A stretch of DNA of 64,000 bases from Candidatus Fraserbacteria bacterium (GCA_947085185.1 CAMTVK010000019.1:21470-85469); one strand, 5' to 3'; counted from the first letter of the stretch, positions 1-10,381 are shown. Numbers and translations: made by a program. Notes: a model not told the origin generated them from the letters alone.

Positions 1-1
1 C

Positions 2-667
2 AGCTCCGGCAGATACTTAAATATCGCGAACACGGTCGTGCCCCAGTTTGCCGCGGAGATGGACGGGCTGGTCTCACTAGAGAACGTCGTCGTCATGCTC
101 ACGAGCAATCGTCCTGACTATATTGACCCGGCGATCTTGCGCCCGGAGCGCATCGACCGAAAGGTCAAAGTCGGGCGTCCCAACCGCGACGCATCGCGCG
201 CTATTTTTGCGATCTATCTGGACGAGAGCGTCCCACTCGATCCAGAGACGGTCACCAAGCACGGCAGCCCTGAGGCGGCGCGACAGGCATTAGTCGAGCA
301 CGCAGCAGATTATCTCTTCCGCAGGGACCGAGAGACCGCGTTTTTAGAAGTTGTGCTCAAGAGCGGGCGGCGCGAGACGCTCTATTGGTGCGATCTCGTC
401 AGTGGCGCTCTCATTATGTCCGCCGTGGAGCGCGCCAAAGATATGGCCATCAGACGGTGTATCGAGAAGGGCACCGACACCGAGGGCGTCAGTTTAGAAG
501 ACCTCAAAGGAGCGATTCGGCAAGAGTACAAAGAGAGCGAGATCTTCCCCAAGACGGATTATCTTGAAGATTGGCTGAAGCTCTTGGACTACGATCCAGA
601 AGAGGTCGTCGAGGTGCGCCCGGTGCGTGAGAGTCGTGAGCGCCGTGCCGGCGAGATGGTGGTGTAG
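2..667 (+). CDS. arc: Proteasome-associated AAA+ ATPase (ARC/Mpa family), 3' part; gene starts before the window
   Basis: Frame open from base 2: SSGRYLNIANTVVPQFAAEMDG...TSNRPDYIDPAILRPERIDRKVKV, then VSGALIMSAVERAK, matching the ARC/Mpa second region of homology and C-terminal domain. Confidence 0.8.
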   Translation, partial: SSGRYLNIANTVVPQFAAEMDGLVSLENVVVMLTSNRPDYIDPAILRPERIDRKVKVGRPNRDASRAIFAIYLDESVPLDPETVTKHGSPEAARQALVEHAADYLFRRDRETAFLEVVLKSGRRETLYWCDLVSGALIMSAVERAKDMAIRRCIEKGTDTEGVSLEDLKGAIRQEYKESEIFPKTDYLEDWLKLLDYDPEEVVEVRPVRESRERRAGEMVV

Positions 668-671
668 GACA

Positions 672-965
672 ATGGTGAAGCCTGCAGTGACTAAGCACCC
701 ACATATTGAGTGCCACGCTGAAGTTTGTGGCGGTGAGCCAGTGATCAAAGGAACGCGGATCACTGTGGGGCTCATCGCAGAATTGGAGCAAATGGGCAAG
801 ACAGCTGATGAGATCGTGGCGCTCTATCCCCATATCACGCACGCTCAGGTCTACGATGCACTGGCATATTATTATGACAACAAAGGAGAGATAGATCGCT
901 ACCGCCAAGAGAATTCCGAAGAGCATTTACGCCAGAAATACAAAGGGGCCTCTTGGATGAAGTGA
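672..965 (+). CDS. DUF433-family antitoxin
   Basis: HPHI..AEVCGGEPVIKGTRITV...YPHITHAQVYDALAYY signature; ATG at 672 chosen over ORF start 627; overlaps downstream PIN gene. Confidence 0.85.
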   Translation: MVKPAVTKHPHIECHAEVCGGEPVIKGTRITVGLIAELEQMGKTADEIVALYPHITHAQVYDALAYYYDNKGEIDRYRQENSEEHLRQKYKGASWMK

Positions 966-1306
966 AACTTTATCTGGACGAAAATATCACTCCGATGTTA
1001 GCAAGTGTGTTGCGAGGGCGAGGGTATGACGTGGTCAGCGCGCACGAGGTCGGCATGAGGGGCAAATCAGATGAAGAGCAACTAGAATACGCCGTCTCGC
1101 GGGGACGTGCTTTGCTGACGTTCAATGCCAAGCACTTTGCTCCTCTGGCTGAAAAGTATTTCAAGAAAGGCCGAGAGCATCACGGGATCGTCGCCACAAA
1201 AACCCTCGACTTGCCCGGGTTGATCCGCTTGACAATCAACCTGCTCCACCGTGCTAAAACTGAAGAACTGAAGAATAATTTTGTCTGGCTGGAGAGCTAT
1301 CGCTGA
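953..1306 (+). CDS. DUF5615/VapC45-like PIN-domain toxin
   Basis: KLYLDENI...SDEEQLEYA..GRALLTFN..HF...HHGI motif; paired with DUF433 gene. Confidence 0.85.
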   Translation: MDEVKLYLDENITPMLASVLRGRGYDVVSAHEVGMRGKSDEEQLEYAVSRGRALLTFNAKHFAPLAEKYFKKGREHHGIVATKTLDLPGLIRLTINLLHRAKTEELKNNFVWLESYR

Positions 1307-1974
1307 GCGTCATACTGGTGATTTTGCTTGAGTGCAAGCTCTTCGATCAACTTTGGAATCTGGCGGAAGTCATCCGTATGCGCTGCAGCGACTTTGGTCA
1401 GCTCTGGGTCCTTGGGCGCAAATGCGATCGCCAAGCCGGCGCTTTTCATCACGGGGATATCATTGAGATGGTCCCCAACAAAGCAGACTTCTTTCGGATC
1501 TAAGCCCTCACGCCGGCACAGCTCCAGAAAATGACGATCTTTCCCCCAAAGATAGACGCGCTGCTCGCACTCGCCCGTGAAGACCCCGTCGCACACTCGC
1601 AGCCCGTTAGCAAGATAAAAGTCCATCCCCAGGTCATCACAGATATATGCAGCGATACGGTCGAGCCCGCTCGTGAGAATCCCCAGTTTGTACTGACGCT
1701 TGAGCTGTGCTATGGTCTCGCGGGCGCCGGGCGTGTACGGCGGCGGCAAGATCGCCCTGTAGATCTTCTCAGCAGAGATGCCCTTCAAAAGCCGCGCGTT
1801 AGCCTCCGTCCACTCCCAGTACAACTCTCTTTTAGGAAAGTAATGCTCCATCAAGCAATCCCATTGCTCTTTGAGCCCAGCAGCATACCCAAGAGCATCC
1901 CAACTGCTCTGGAAGGGCCCATCGTACTGCACAAGCGTCCCGTCCATGTCGAAGATCACAGCTTTGATCGTCAC
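1297..1974 (-). CDS. HAD-superfamily hydrolase (phosphoserine phosphatase-like)
   Basis: IFDMDGTL motif I, TSG motif II, FVGDHLND motif IV. Confidence 0.85.
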   Translation of the reverse strand: MTIKAVIFDMDGTLVQYDGPFQSSWDALGYAAGLKEQWDCLMEHYFPKRELYWEWTEANARLLKGISAEKIYRAILPPPYTPGARETIAQLKRQYKLGILTSGLDRIAAYICDDLGMDFYLANGLRVCDGVFTGECEQRVYLWGKDRHFLELCRREGLDPKEVCFVGDHLNDIPVMKSAGLAIAFAPKDPELTKVAAAHTDDFRQIPKLIEELALKQNHQYDAQR

Positions 1975-2075
1975 GGTGCCTCCTCACTCTGAAAGCATAA
2001 GTTTACCACACCCTTGCCAGGCTGTGCCAACTGCGCTACAATGCCCTCTAGACTCTCGTAGGAAAGGAGCACCCT

Positions 2076-3788
2076 ATGCCCATATCGCTCGAAAACTTGC
2101 CCAGTGAGTTTCACCGGAAGTTCGTGCCAGCTCACGCAAATCTTGGAGACTGGGATCAAATCAAACCCTTGCTCGAAGAGCTGGAGCGTCGCCCTATCAA
2201 AACGGCGACTGATCTTGAGCAATGGTTACTCGACTCTTCTGAACTTGGTGCAGCCATCGGCGAAGAAGCCGCCGTCCGCCGCATCCGCATGACGTGTGAT
2301 ACCGAGAACGAAGAATATCGTAGAGCGTTCTTGCACTTTGTCGAGAACATTCAGCCCAGGCTGAGAGAATACGGCCATCGGCTCAATGTGAAATATGTGC
2401 AGAGTCCCACTCGCGAGAGCTTGCCCAAGTCACGCTACTTCGTCTACGACCGCAGCACCGCCAACCAAGTCGAGATCTTCCGTGAAGAGAATATCCCACT
2501 CATGACTGAGGCTACGAAGCTCGCTCAAAAGTATCAAGTGATATCTGGGGCGCAGACGGTGCATTTCGACGGGCGCGAGCAGACTCTGCAACAGATGGCA
2601 AAATACTTAGAAGAGCCCGATAGGGCGCTGCGCCAGAGCGCGTGGGAGAAGATCGAAGAACGCCGCCTCACAGATCGCGAGGCTTTCAACGAACTGTATG
2701 ATCAGCTGATCGAGCTGCGCCAAAAGATCGCCCAGAACGCGGGATTTGCAAACTATCGCGATTATGTCTTCAAAGCGTTCGAGCGCTTTGAGTACACTCC
2801 CGAGGACTGCCGGCGCTATCACGATGCCGTCGAAAGATATATAGTGCCGTTGATGCGCGAGCTTCAGGGGAGACGGCAGCGCGAGATGGGCCTTGCTGAA
2901 CTGCGCCCTTGGGATCTGGCGGCAGACCCGCAGGGGCGACCGCCACTGCGCCCCTTCCAGAGAGCTCAAGAACTCATTGACGGCTGCCACGAGATCTTTT
3001 ATCAGCTCGACAGCGAGCTTGGGGCCCAGTTTCGCCGCATGGCCGAGCTCAATCTCTTTGACTTAGAGAGCCGCAAGGGCAAAGCCCCCGGCGGCTACCA
3101 AGCAACACTAACTGAGCGCCGGCTGCCGTTTATCTTTATGAATGCTGTCGGGCGCAATGCCGATTTGCGAACGATGCTCCACGAATCGGGTCACGCATTC
3201 CACACGATGGCCACGCGCACTGAATCATTACTGAGCTATCGCCATGCGCCGACGGAGTTTTCCGAAGTCGCTTCGATGGGTATGGAGCTGCTCTCTCAGC
3301 CATATCTGACGACCTTTTACTCTGCTGATGAAGCCCAGCGCGCTGCGCGCGAACACCTTGAGGGGATAGTCTATCTGCTGCCGTGGGTCGCAACGATTGA
3401 TGCGTTTCAGCATTGGGTCTACACGCATCCTGGGCACAGTGTTGCTGAGCGTGAAGCCTATTGGCTAGAGCTGCGTCGGCGCTTTGGCGGGATCGAGAAT
3501 TGGGCTGGCTATGAAGAAGCCCAGCGCAACTTCTGGCAGCGCCAGCTCCACCTCTACCTGCACCCGTTCTATTATATTGAGTATGGGATTGCACAACTGG
3601 GGGCGCTGCAGCTTTATGCGCGCGCCAAGAGAGATCCTCAAGAAGCTCTTCTTGCGTACAAGCGGGCCTTAGCGCTTGGGGGCTCGCGGCCGTTGCCAGA
3701 GCTCTTTGCCGCCGCGGGGCTGAAGTTCGACTTCGGCGAGAAGACCGTCAGCCAAGCAGCAGCACTGCTGCGCCATGAGCTCTTATAA
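2076..3788 (+). CDS. M3 family oligoendopeptidase (PepF-like)
   Basis: HESGHAFH zinc motif, SRKGKAPGGY, EVASMGME, FYYIEY; AAGGAG RBS. Confidence 0.92.
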   Translation: MPISLENLPSEFHRKFVPAHANLGDWDQIKPLLEELERRPIKTATDLEQWLLDSSELGAAIGEEAAVRRIRMTCDTENEEYRRAFLHFVENIQPRLREYGHRLNVKYVQSPTRESLPKSRYFVYDRSTANQVEIFREENIPLMTEATKLAQKYQVISGAQTVHFDGREQTLQQMAKYLEEPDRALRQSAWEKIEERRLTDREAFNELYDQLIELRQKIAQNAGFANYRDYVFKAFERFEYTPEDCRRYHDAVERYIVPLMRELQGRRQREMGLAELRPWDLAADPQGRPPLRPFQRAQELIDGCHEIFYQLDSELGAQFRRMAELNLFDLESRKGKAPGGYQATLTERRLPFIFMNAVGRNADLRTMLHESGHAFHTMATRTESLLSYRHAPTEFSEVASMGMELLSQPYLTTFYSADEAQRAAREHLEGIVYLLPWVATIDAFQHWVYTHPGHSVAEREAYWLELRRRFGGIENWAGYEEAQRNFWQRQLHLYLHPFYYIEYGIAQLGALQLYARAKRDPQEALLAYKRALALGGSRPLPELFAAAGLKFDFGEKTVSQAAALLRHELL

Positions 3789-4532
3789 CCTGCGCCACGG
3801 CAGCGCCCAGCGCTCCAGCAGCGTCAGCAGCCCAAAGAGCCCTATACCCAACAGAGCTAACGCCAAGATCGCCGCGAAGACTAAATCAGTCTTGAGCGTC
3901 GCGTTGGCGCGCAGCATCACATAGCCCAAGCCCGCTTGCGCTCCCACCCACTCGCCGATCACCGCGCCCACGACGCTGAGCGTGATCCCCACCCGCGCCC
4001 CAGAAAAGAGAAACGGCAACGCTGAGGGAAGCTGCACCTTTCGCAAGATCTGACGCTTTGAGGCGCCAAAAATCTTTAGCAGATCTATCAAATCGGGGTC
4101 GGCCGCCCGCAGGCCATCTACCGTGTTCACAACAATGGGAAAGAACGCGATGATCGCCGCTACGGTCACTTTGGGCCAGATCGTAAACCCCAGCCAAAGC
4201 TTGAGCAACGGCGCAATGGCAAAGAGCGGCATGTTCTGCAAGAAAATAATAATGGGGTAGAAGACGCGTTCGAGTGTCTTACTGTAGAAGATCGCTAGCG
4301 CCAACGCGAACGCGCTCACCAGCGCGATCACAAACCCCAGAGCGATCTCGCCCAGCGTGACGAGAAAGTGCTCAGCGAGCAGCGAAAAATCCAAGACAAA
4401 GCGCGTGGCGATCTGACTTGGCGGAGGGAGAAGAAACACCGGCACCCCTGCCAGACGCACGGATGCTTCCCATGCGACCAGCAGCCCACCAAACACCAAC
4501 ACCGCTGGATGGATGAGGCGACGACTCAACAA
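3783..4532 (-). CDS. ABC transporter permease (NitT/TauT/SsuC type)
   Basis: LLPPPS, FGAS..QILRKVQLPSALPFLFSG, AVIGEWVG..GLG; multiple TM helices. Confidence 0.9.
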   Translation of the reverse strand: MLSRRLIHPAVLVFGGLLVAWEASVRLAGVPVFLLPPPSQIATRFVLDFSLLAEHFLVTLGEIALGFVIALVSAFALALAIFYSKTLERVFYPIIIFLQNMPLFAIAPLLKLWLGFTIWPKVTVAAIIAFFPIVVNTVDGLRAADPDLIDLLKIFGASKRQILRKVQLPSALPFLFSGARVGITLSVVGAVIGEWVGAQAGLGYVMLRANATLKTDLVFAAILALALLGIGLFGLLTLLERWALPWRRL

Positions 4533-5266
4533 TGACTCCCTCTCAGATCTCTCAAGCCCTTAGGGGTCGGACAGTCAGGCGTCACAGTCACGGTGACGTC
4601 CTTGGATGCGCTGAACGCCCCATCACTGACGGTCAAACGAAAGACGAGTGTGGACGGTTCGGCTGGCGCAAGAAAGATCGCATAGAGAGTCTCAGCCCCA
4701 AAGAGCAAGACCGGCGGCCCTGAGATCTGATCCCAGCGATAGCGCAAGAGGTCACCGTCTGGGTCTGAACTGTCAAACGCGCTGAGCAAGACGATCTGAT
4801 AGGGTGTGACGGTCTGATCGGGATTCGTGGCAGCTTGCGGAGGCTGATTGGCCCGTACATAAATTCTGAGCTCTCTCGAGACGCTCTCGTAGTCTGTGCG
4901 CGCGATGAAGCGGACTAGTAGGGGCTCTTCGGGGTTGGTGACGTGCGCTTCGGTCGGGGTGAAGGTGAAGACTTGGACGGCCTCGCCTTGGCGCCAGACC
5001 GACTCAAACGATGCGTTATCTGGGAGCCAGCTTGCGATCAATTTGATAGGAACCCACAAGGGCATGCCACGGGCTTGCACCCAGACCTGGAGTGTCTGTC
5101 CAAGCCGCATGGTGCATGCGAGGGCTCCCTCAAGATCAGGAGCGCAGAGGGCCCAGGGGCCAAAGAGCTCAAGATCGAGCTGAACTGAAGCCATCTGAGC
5201 CTGTGTGACCGATGGGACGAACACCGCCACAAGAGCGAATACGAGCACGATCCTGACAGACTTCAT
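4526..5266 (-). CDS. Secreted protein with C-terminal PKD/Ig-like domain
   Basis: Signal peptide (MKSVRIVLVFALVAVF..AQA); NQPPQA..SSDPDGDLLRYRWDQISGP..FRLTVSDG. Confidence 0.75.
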   Translation of the reverse strand: MKSVRIVLVFALVAVFVPSVTQAQMASVQLDLELFGPWALCAPDLEGALACTMRLGQTLQVWVQARGMPLWVPIKLIASWLPDNASFESVWRQGEAVQVFTFTPTEAHVTNPEEPLLVRFIARTDYESVSRELRIYVRANQPPQAATNPDQTVTPYQIVLLSAFDSSDPDGDLLRYRWDQISGPPVLLFGAETLYAIFLAPAEPSTLVFRLTVSDGAFSASKDVTVTVTPDCPTPKGLRDLRGSHC

Positions 5267-5439
5267 AACTCCCCCTTTAACTGATGATCGCGTGGTAGCT
5301 TATTCTAGCACACAGACGGGGAGGATGTCTATTCTGATGCTCTTCATAGCTGTTGCCACTCCACTATCAATCTTCACAACACACTGCGCATCTCGCGCTT
5401 GCACTCCCGGAGCGTCCTCCCAAAGGCAATAGCTCCTGG

Positions 5440-5746
5440 GCATGGGCGGATAGTGCCGCAGTATGTGCCGTCTTCCAACGAAGTCTACACCATGAACAAG
5501 AGCGAAGCAAGACGCCAACTCGTGCAGACCTCCCTGAAGACGGGCTCCATTGCCCGCACCGCCCGGCTCTGGCAGACCAGCCGTCGGTGGTACGCACCTG
5601 GGTGCGCCGCTTCCAAGCCCAGGGCCAGGCCGGGCTGGCCGACCGCAGCCGCCGCCCACATTCCTGTCCACGCCAGACTCAACCGGCTCTGCTTGGATCG
5701 CATCTCGACCGATTGGGTCCTAGTAACCATCTCTTGACCCATTACA
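5440..5746 (+). mobile_element. Degenerate IS481-family element: frameshifted transposase HTH N-terminus joined to C-terminal codons and right end
   Basis: MNKSEARRQLVQT..TGSIARTARLWQTSR continues in another frame as VVRTWVRRFQAQGQAGLADRSRRPHSCPRQT, then LDRISTDWVL and end ...CTCTTGACCCATTACA (5746); left end not identified. Confidence 0.75.
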
Positions 5747-5860
5747 GCCTTGGGCCGGCGGATCAATCCGCCGGCTCAGCAGATAGAAGCGTGCTGAAGC
5801 ACGCTCCCTAGTCTGCGGGCTTCCATCTTCTGAGCCGGATGCTTCATCCGGCCATTTGCT

Positions 5861-7156
5861 CTATCTATGAGCAAGGTGTTGGCATTGCGGAAGATCAGGG
5901 TTCTGAGGTTGCTGTAAGTTTAACTGATATTCGCCCGATCCTTTCTCCCCACGGGTTACTACCACGTGCAGGAGCGTGTACGCCGCGGGCTGGCTGAGAA
6001 CGCACTCCTCGGTGAGCGGGAAGACCTCATAGCTTCCCGAAAGTCTTTGAGCCACAATATGCACGCGAAACTCCGTGTCGGGACTGCCGCGGAAGCGCAG
6101 CGCCAGCGATTTTTCAGACTTGGGCGTGATGCGCAAGAAGTGTATTCCATAAGGGTGGCGCACCACTAAGGGTGCTCCAGCATTGATGATCTCCTCTGGA
6201 GCTGGGCAAGTCTCTATTGTCCATTGCAAGCCACTTGTCTCTCCTTCTAAAGATCGTCTGGAGCAGATCTGGGGGTAGGGATTCCCCCAATTGCTCTGCT
6301 CTATGGTGAGGGCCTTTTGGCCTGTCCACTCCCCGATGAAGACCGGCACGGGCACGTAGGAGGTCTCCTCTTCCGCGCGCGGGTAGAGCCACTGGGCGTC
6401 TCGAAGATCTCGTGCGGCCAAGGCCACTGCGAACTCCGTCCAGAGTTCCAAGAAGGGCTTGCCGACCAGCTTACCCAGTTCCCGACGCCAAGCCGGCCAT
6501 CCCTCGGTCTTGATAGCTTCAAAGAGACGCCGGATGAGTTCTGCACCGCCATAGCGATCAGCAACGTAGCGCCAGAAGAGCCAGCCTCCGTAGGCGGAGA
6601 AAGTATACTTCTTCAGGTCAACATCAGTGGCCCCTAGGAGTAAATGGCGAGCGCCTACTGTGCAATCTGGCCCAGCACGAGAGAAGATCTCATAGGAAGC
6701 CCAAACAGCCGTGCCCTCAATGAGAAAGCCATCCCTCGCTCTGAGGACCCCATACCCCAAGTCTTGGATGGTATGAAAGAACTCGTGGGCCCCGGTAACC
6801 TGCCAGCAAAGATACTCATTATGTGCAAGCAAGGGAATAGGACCAAACCATCCCCACCTGTGTTGTCCTCCGCGGAATTTATGCTTGACCACGAAGTGTT
6901 GATAAGCCCACTCCTTACCCCAAGCAAGGGCTATTACCATTGGTCTAGCCGCCGGATCTTTATACGCGATCGTAAAGTGTGGGGTCCGAAATAACAGGCT
7001 GCCCTCCGACGATACTTCGGACCCCCGAGGTCGCTCAGCAGCAGGGGCTGCGGATAATACCAAGGTGAGGAGCGCTACCGTTAGCGCATAAGCCACCCCT
7101 TTATGTAGCCCTCTTGAACGAGATGGGTGCAAGCTTGTATCTTTTAACGGAAACAT
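5861..7156 (-). CDS. Putative secreted zinc metallopeptidase (gluzincin-like)
   Basis: Hydrophobic N-terminal signal; GAHEFFHTIQ (HExxH) followed by EGTA; YGGWLFWRY motif. Confidence 0.6.
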   Translation of the reverse strand: MFPLKDTSLHPSRSRGLHKGVAYALTVALLTLVLSAAPAAERPRGSEVSSEGSLLFRTPHFTIAYKDPAARPMVIALAWGKEWAYQHFVVKHKFRGGQHRWGWFGPIPLLAHNEYLCWQVTGAHEFFHTIQDLGYGVLRARDGFLIEGTAVWASYEIFSRAGPDCTVGARHLLLGATDVDLKKYTFSAYGGWLFWRYVADRYGGAELIRRLFEAIKTEGWPAWRRELGKLVGKPFLELWTEFAVALAARDLRDAQWLYPRAEEETSYVPVPVFIGEWTGQKALTIEQSNWGNPYPQICSRRSLEGETSGLQWTIETCPAPEEIINAGAPLVVRHPYGIHFLRITPKSEKSLALRFRGSPDTEFRVHIVAQRLSGSYEVFPLTEECVLSQPAAYTLLHVVVTRGEKGSGEYQLNLQQPQNPDLPQCQHLAHR

Positions 7157-8325
7157 GGAATCTGTCTATACCCACAGACTAAAAACCCGAAAATTGGAAC
7201 GGTCTCGCATTCCCATCTCACACACACGCAGCCAAGGGGGAGATTGAAGCAGTAGAATTCGGGCGGGAAGGGAATTTCGCCACCGCATGAAGCAGGGGAG
7301 CCGTCATCGCTGCTAAAGGTAAAGCAGACCTGCTGTGCCAGTGGAACTAGCCGAGTTCGCGGCTGGCTTGACGTTCCCATTTGGCTTCCGCAACTCGAGC
7401 GCATTGGCCCTTGCTTCACCGATCCCACGATAACTTCCCCGGACTCCGACCAGCTCCGGGCTTCAAGAATGACGACTTGGTTGCCTGTCCGTGTGCTAAT
7501 GATCAACCAAACCTCTCGTCTGGTTTCATCAATGCCTGCGCTGGCCCAGCCTTTGGTAATCCCACGCTGCTTCAGGAAGTCAGCGGCTTGTTGCAGGACA
7601 CCACGAATCTGATCTGGATTCAAGGAGAGCAGAGAGCTTGTGGCCCCACTCGCTTGTCGATAGTCTCTGCGTCGCCCTTGAGAGGTCACCGCCGTAGCAT
7701 TCGACCCCTGAGGAGTACGGAAATAGAGAATCTCTCCTTGAGGATTGAAGGGGATCGAGATCACCACGTTCTGCGCTCCAGAAAATACCTTGGCCGCGTT
7801 GAGATTGGGCCTCAGCCCTTGTGATTCCAACTGCTGTTGCAGTTGCTGAACTTGAGGATCGGCCAGCGCCTGCACGATAAGAGCCTCGGCGCTGTTCTGA
7901 GAAACTCTAGCGAGACACAAGCCGTTTGCACTCTGAGTTGCCTGTGGGCCGGATGTTGGGAAGCTGACGAGCGTCTGCCGACCCGAGGAGCCAAGTAACG
8001 CCAACTTGCCCAGCTTACGTACCAGCTTTCCCTCACTATTCCGAACCGTCACGACATAGAGATAGACCCCGCTGGCTACACGACGCCCCTCATAGCTGAG
8101 CTTGTTCCACGAGAGGCTCGAACAATTCAGAGCACCGCTGTCGAAGAGTCGTTGTCCCGTCAACCCGAAGACCTCCACGCGCATCTCTTGCGCCCCTTGG
8201 GCGGTGAAGCGCACTTGATCCGGCTCGATACTCAGTCTAACCGATAAACCTTCTCCTGCAAAACTGGGAACTCCGAAGACCAGCGCTAAGCCACCGAGCA
8301 CGCTGAGCAGAACGAGCTTCTTCAT
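7144..8325 (-). CDS. Secreted protein with N-terminal T9SS-CTD/FlgD-Ig-like domain and Cys-rich C-terminus
   Basis: Signal peptide MKKLVLLSVL..SFA; VEVFGLTGQRLF..W..GRRVASGVYLYVVTV; 9 Cys in the last ~82 aa; AAGGAGG RBS. Confidence 0.65.
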   Translation of the reverse strand: MKKLVLLSVLGGLALVFGVPSFAGEGLSVRLSIEPDQVRFTAQGAQEMRVEVFGLTGQRLFDSGALNCSSLSWNKLSYEGRRVASGVYLYVVTVRNSEGKLVRKLGKLALLGSSGRQTLVSFPTSGPQATQSANGLCLARVSQNSAEALIVQALADPQVQQLQQQLESQGLRPNLNAAKVFSGAQNVVISIPFNPQGEILYFRTPQGSNATAVTSQGRRRDYRQASGATSSLLSLNPDQIRGVLQQAADFLKQRGITKGWASAGIDETRREVWLIISTRTGNQVVILEARSWSESGEVIVGSVKQGPMRSSCGSQMGTSSQPRTRLVPLAQQVCFTFSSDDGSPASCGGEIPFPPEFYCFNLPLGCVCVRWECETVPIFGFLVCGYRQIPCFR

Positions 8326-8439
8326 GAGAAATGCCTCCTTCTTAAATTTGTGATCTTGGGCCGTTCAACCGCCATACTGCTTTGGTTTTTGCGCCTCACC
8401 TCCTTGGACATCGTCTTCAGTGTTTTCACCCTTAAAGTA

Positions 8440-8467
8440 ATTATACCCCCCACTATTTATTTGTCAA
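8440..8467 (-). promoter_or_regulatory. Sigma70-type promoter for the 8325-5861 gene pair
   Basis: TTGACA-16 nt-TATAAT on minus strand. Confidence 0.65.
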
Positions 8468-8481
8468 GAGTAACCGGTCCC

Positions 8482-8661
8482 TGCGCCAAGAGATCGTTAC
8501 CAGGGGGAGGTGTGGCAATGGCTCAAGAAAGCGGGCATCCTCTCACGGGCACGACTTTGGCAGAGTGCCCAAGGAGTTTGCGGTGCTGCCGCCCATTGTG
8601 TTAGATAGGATCTCGACCGATTGGGTCCTGGGCCCTGGTAACCATCTCTTGACCCATTACA
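8482..8661 (+). mobile_element. Internally deleted IS481-family element (MITE-like, ~180 bp)
   Basis: Left end TGCGCCAAGAGATCGTTACCA is an 18/21 inverted match to right-end TGGTAACCATCTCTTGACCCA(TTACA); interior has SD+ATG and transposase-like C-terminal codons [24 protein letters not shown]; right end shared with 5702-5746. Confidence 0.7.
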
Positions 8662-8712
8662 ACTTGTCAAGATGATTATCCTTGGCTTATAATGCTCTGC
8701 AAGGAGGATTCT

Positions 8713-10368
8713 ATGGCCGTTGCAACAGAGATTCGCGCCCCACGCGGAACTCAGCTCACGTGCAAAAGCTGGCTCACCGAAGCCCCCATGAGAATGTTGA
8801 TGAATAACTTAGACCCCGAAGTCGCCGGAGACCCAGCGAACTTAATCGTCTATGGCGGCACGGGCAAGGCCGCCCGATCTTGGCAAGACTTTTGGGCCAT
8901 TGTCAATACCCTGAAAGAATTAGAGCTCGACGAGACGCTCTTGGTGCAGTCTGGCAAGCCCGTCGCAGTCTTCAAGACCCACCCCGATGCCCCCCGCGTG
9001 CTTATTGCAAATTCACTCTTAGTCCCCCATTGGGCGACGTGGGAGAAGTTCAGAGAATTAGAGCGCAAGGGCTTGATTATGTACGGCCAGATGACCGCGG
9101 GCAGTTGGATCTATATTGGCACCCAAGGGATTCTGCAGGGTACCTATGAGACGTTGGCTTCGGTAGCGAAGAAGCACTTTGGCGGCTCTCTCAGAGGGAA
9201 ATTTGTGCTGTCTGCAGGCCTGGGAGAGATGGGTGGCGCCCAGCCCCTCGCGATCACCATGAACGAGGGCGTCGGACTGATCGTCGAGATCAATTCCGAG
9301 AAGATCAAACGACGCTTGAAGACAAACTATCTCGACACGTGGACGCATGATCTTGATGAAGCCCTCGATCTTGTGAGAGAGCACACGAGATCGGGGAGAG
9401 CAATCTCTCTTGGGCTTCTGGGCAATGCTGCCGACGTCTACCCTGAACTTGTCCGAAGGGGGATCATCCCCGACGTGGTCACCGACCAGACGGCAGCTCA
9501 CGATGAGCTCAACGGCTACGTCCCCGGCGGCATGAGCTATGACGAAGCGCTGCAGCTGCGCCGCGAGAACCCACAGAGATATAGTGAGCTCTCGTTCGCA
9601 TCGATGGTGCGGCACGTGCAAGCGATGATCGAGATGCAGAAAGCTGGCGCGGTTGTCTTCGATTATGGGAATAATTTACGGGGGCAGGCCCAGCGGGGCG
9701 GACACCCAAACCCCTTTCAGTTTCCAGGCTTTGTCCCGGCGTATATTCGACCGTTGTTCTGTGAGGGGAAAGGCCCGTTCCGCTGGGCAGCCCTCTCCGG
9801 CGACCCACAAGATATCTATAGGACAGATCAAGCAATCCTTGAGCTCTTCCCCCATGACGAAGCCCTCTGCCGCTGGATCACGATGGCGCAAAAGCGCGTG
9901 AAGTTTCAGGGGTTGCCCGCGCGCATCTGTTGGCTGGGCTATGGCGACCGTGCCAAAGCCGGGCTCTACTTTAATGAACTGGTGCGCACGGGCGAGCTCA
10001 AAGCCCCCATTGTCATCGGGCGCGATCACTTGGATGCGGGCTCAGTCGCTTCGCCGTACAGGGAGACCGAAGGGATGAAGGACGGCTCGGATGCTATCGC
10101 GGACTGGCCCATTCTCAATGCGCTCTTGAATGCGGTCTGCGGGGCGACGTGGGTCTCGGTCCATCATGGTGGCGGTGTTGGCATTGGGAAGTCCATTCAC
10201 GCAGGGATGGTGATCGTCTGCGACGGCACCAAAGAAGCCGATAGGCGCTTAGAGCGCGTCTTGACGGCCGATCCGGGCCTAGGAGTAGTGCGCCACGCCG
10301 ATGCCGGCTACGAAGAGGCGATCAGGGTCGTTCGGGAGAAGGGCATCAGGATGCCGAGATTATTATAG
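8713..10368 (+). CDS. hutU: Urocanate hydratase
   Basis: [62 protein letters not shown] before ATG 8713. Confidence 0.97.
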   Translation: MAVATEIRAPRGTQLTCKSWLTEAPMRMLMNNLDPEVAGDPANLIVYGGTGKAARSWQDFWAIVNTLKELELDETLLVQSGKPVAVFKTHPDAPRVLIANSLLVPHWATWEKFRELERKGLIMYGQMTAGSWIYIGTQGILQGTYETLASVAKKHFGGSLRGKFVLSAGLGEMGGAQPLAITMNEGVGLIVEINSEKIKRRLKTNYLDTWTHDLDEALDLVREHTRSGRAISLGLLGNAADVYPELVRRGIIPDVVTDQTAAHDELNGYVPGGMSYDEALQLRRENPQRYSELSFASMVRHVQAMIEMQKAGAVVFDYGNNLRGQAQRGGHPNPFQFPGFVPAYIRPLFCEGKGPFRWAALSGDPQDIYRTDQAILELFPHDEALCRWITMAQKRVKFQGLPARICWLGYGDRAKAGLYFNELVRTGELKAPIVIGRDHLDAGSVASPYRETEGMKDGSDAIADWPILNALLNAVCGATWVSVHHGGGVGIGKSIHAGMVIVCDGTKEADRRLERVLTADPGLGVVRHADAGYEEAIRVVREKGIRMPRLL

Positions 10369-10381
10369 GAGGGCTGCAACT

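Noticed and set aside
8461..8672. TTGTCAAGA at 8461 and 8664 as a target-site duplication
   Set aside because: Not flush with the element ends, and both copies are explained by -35 boxes
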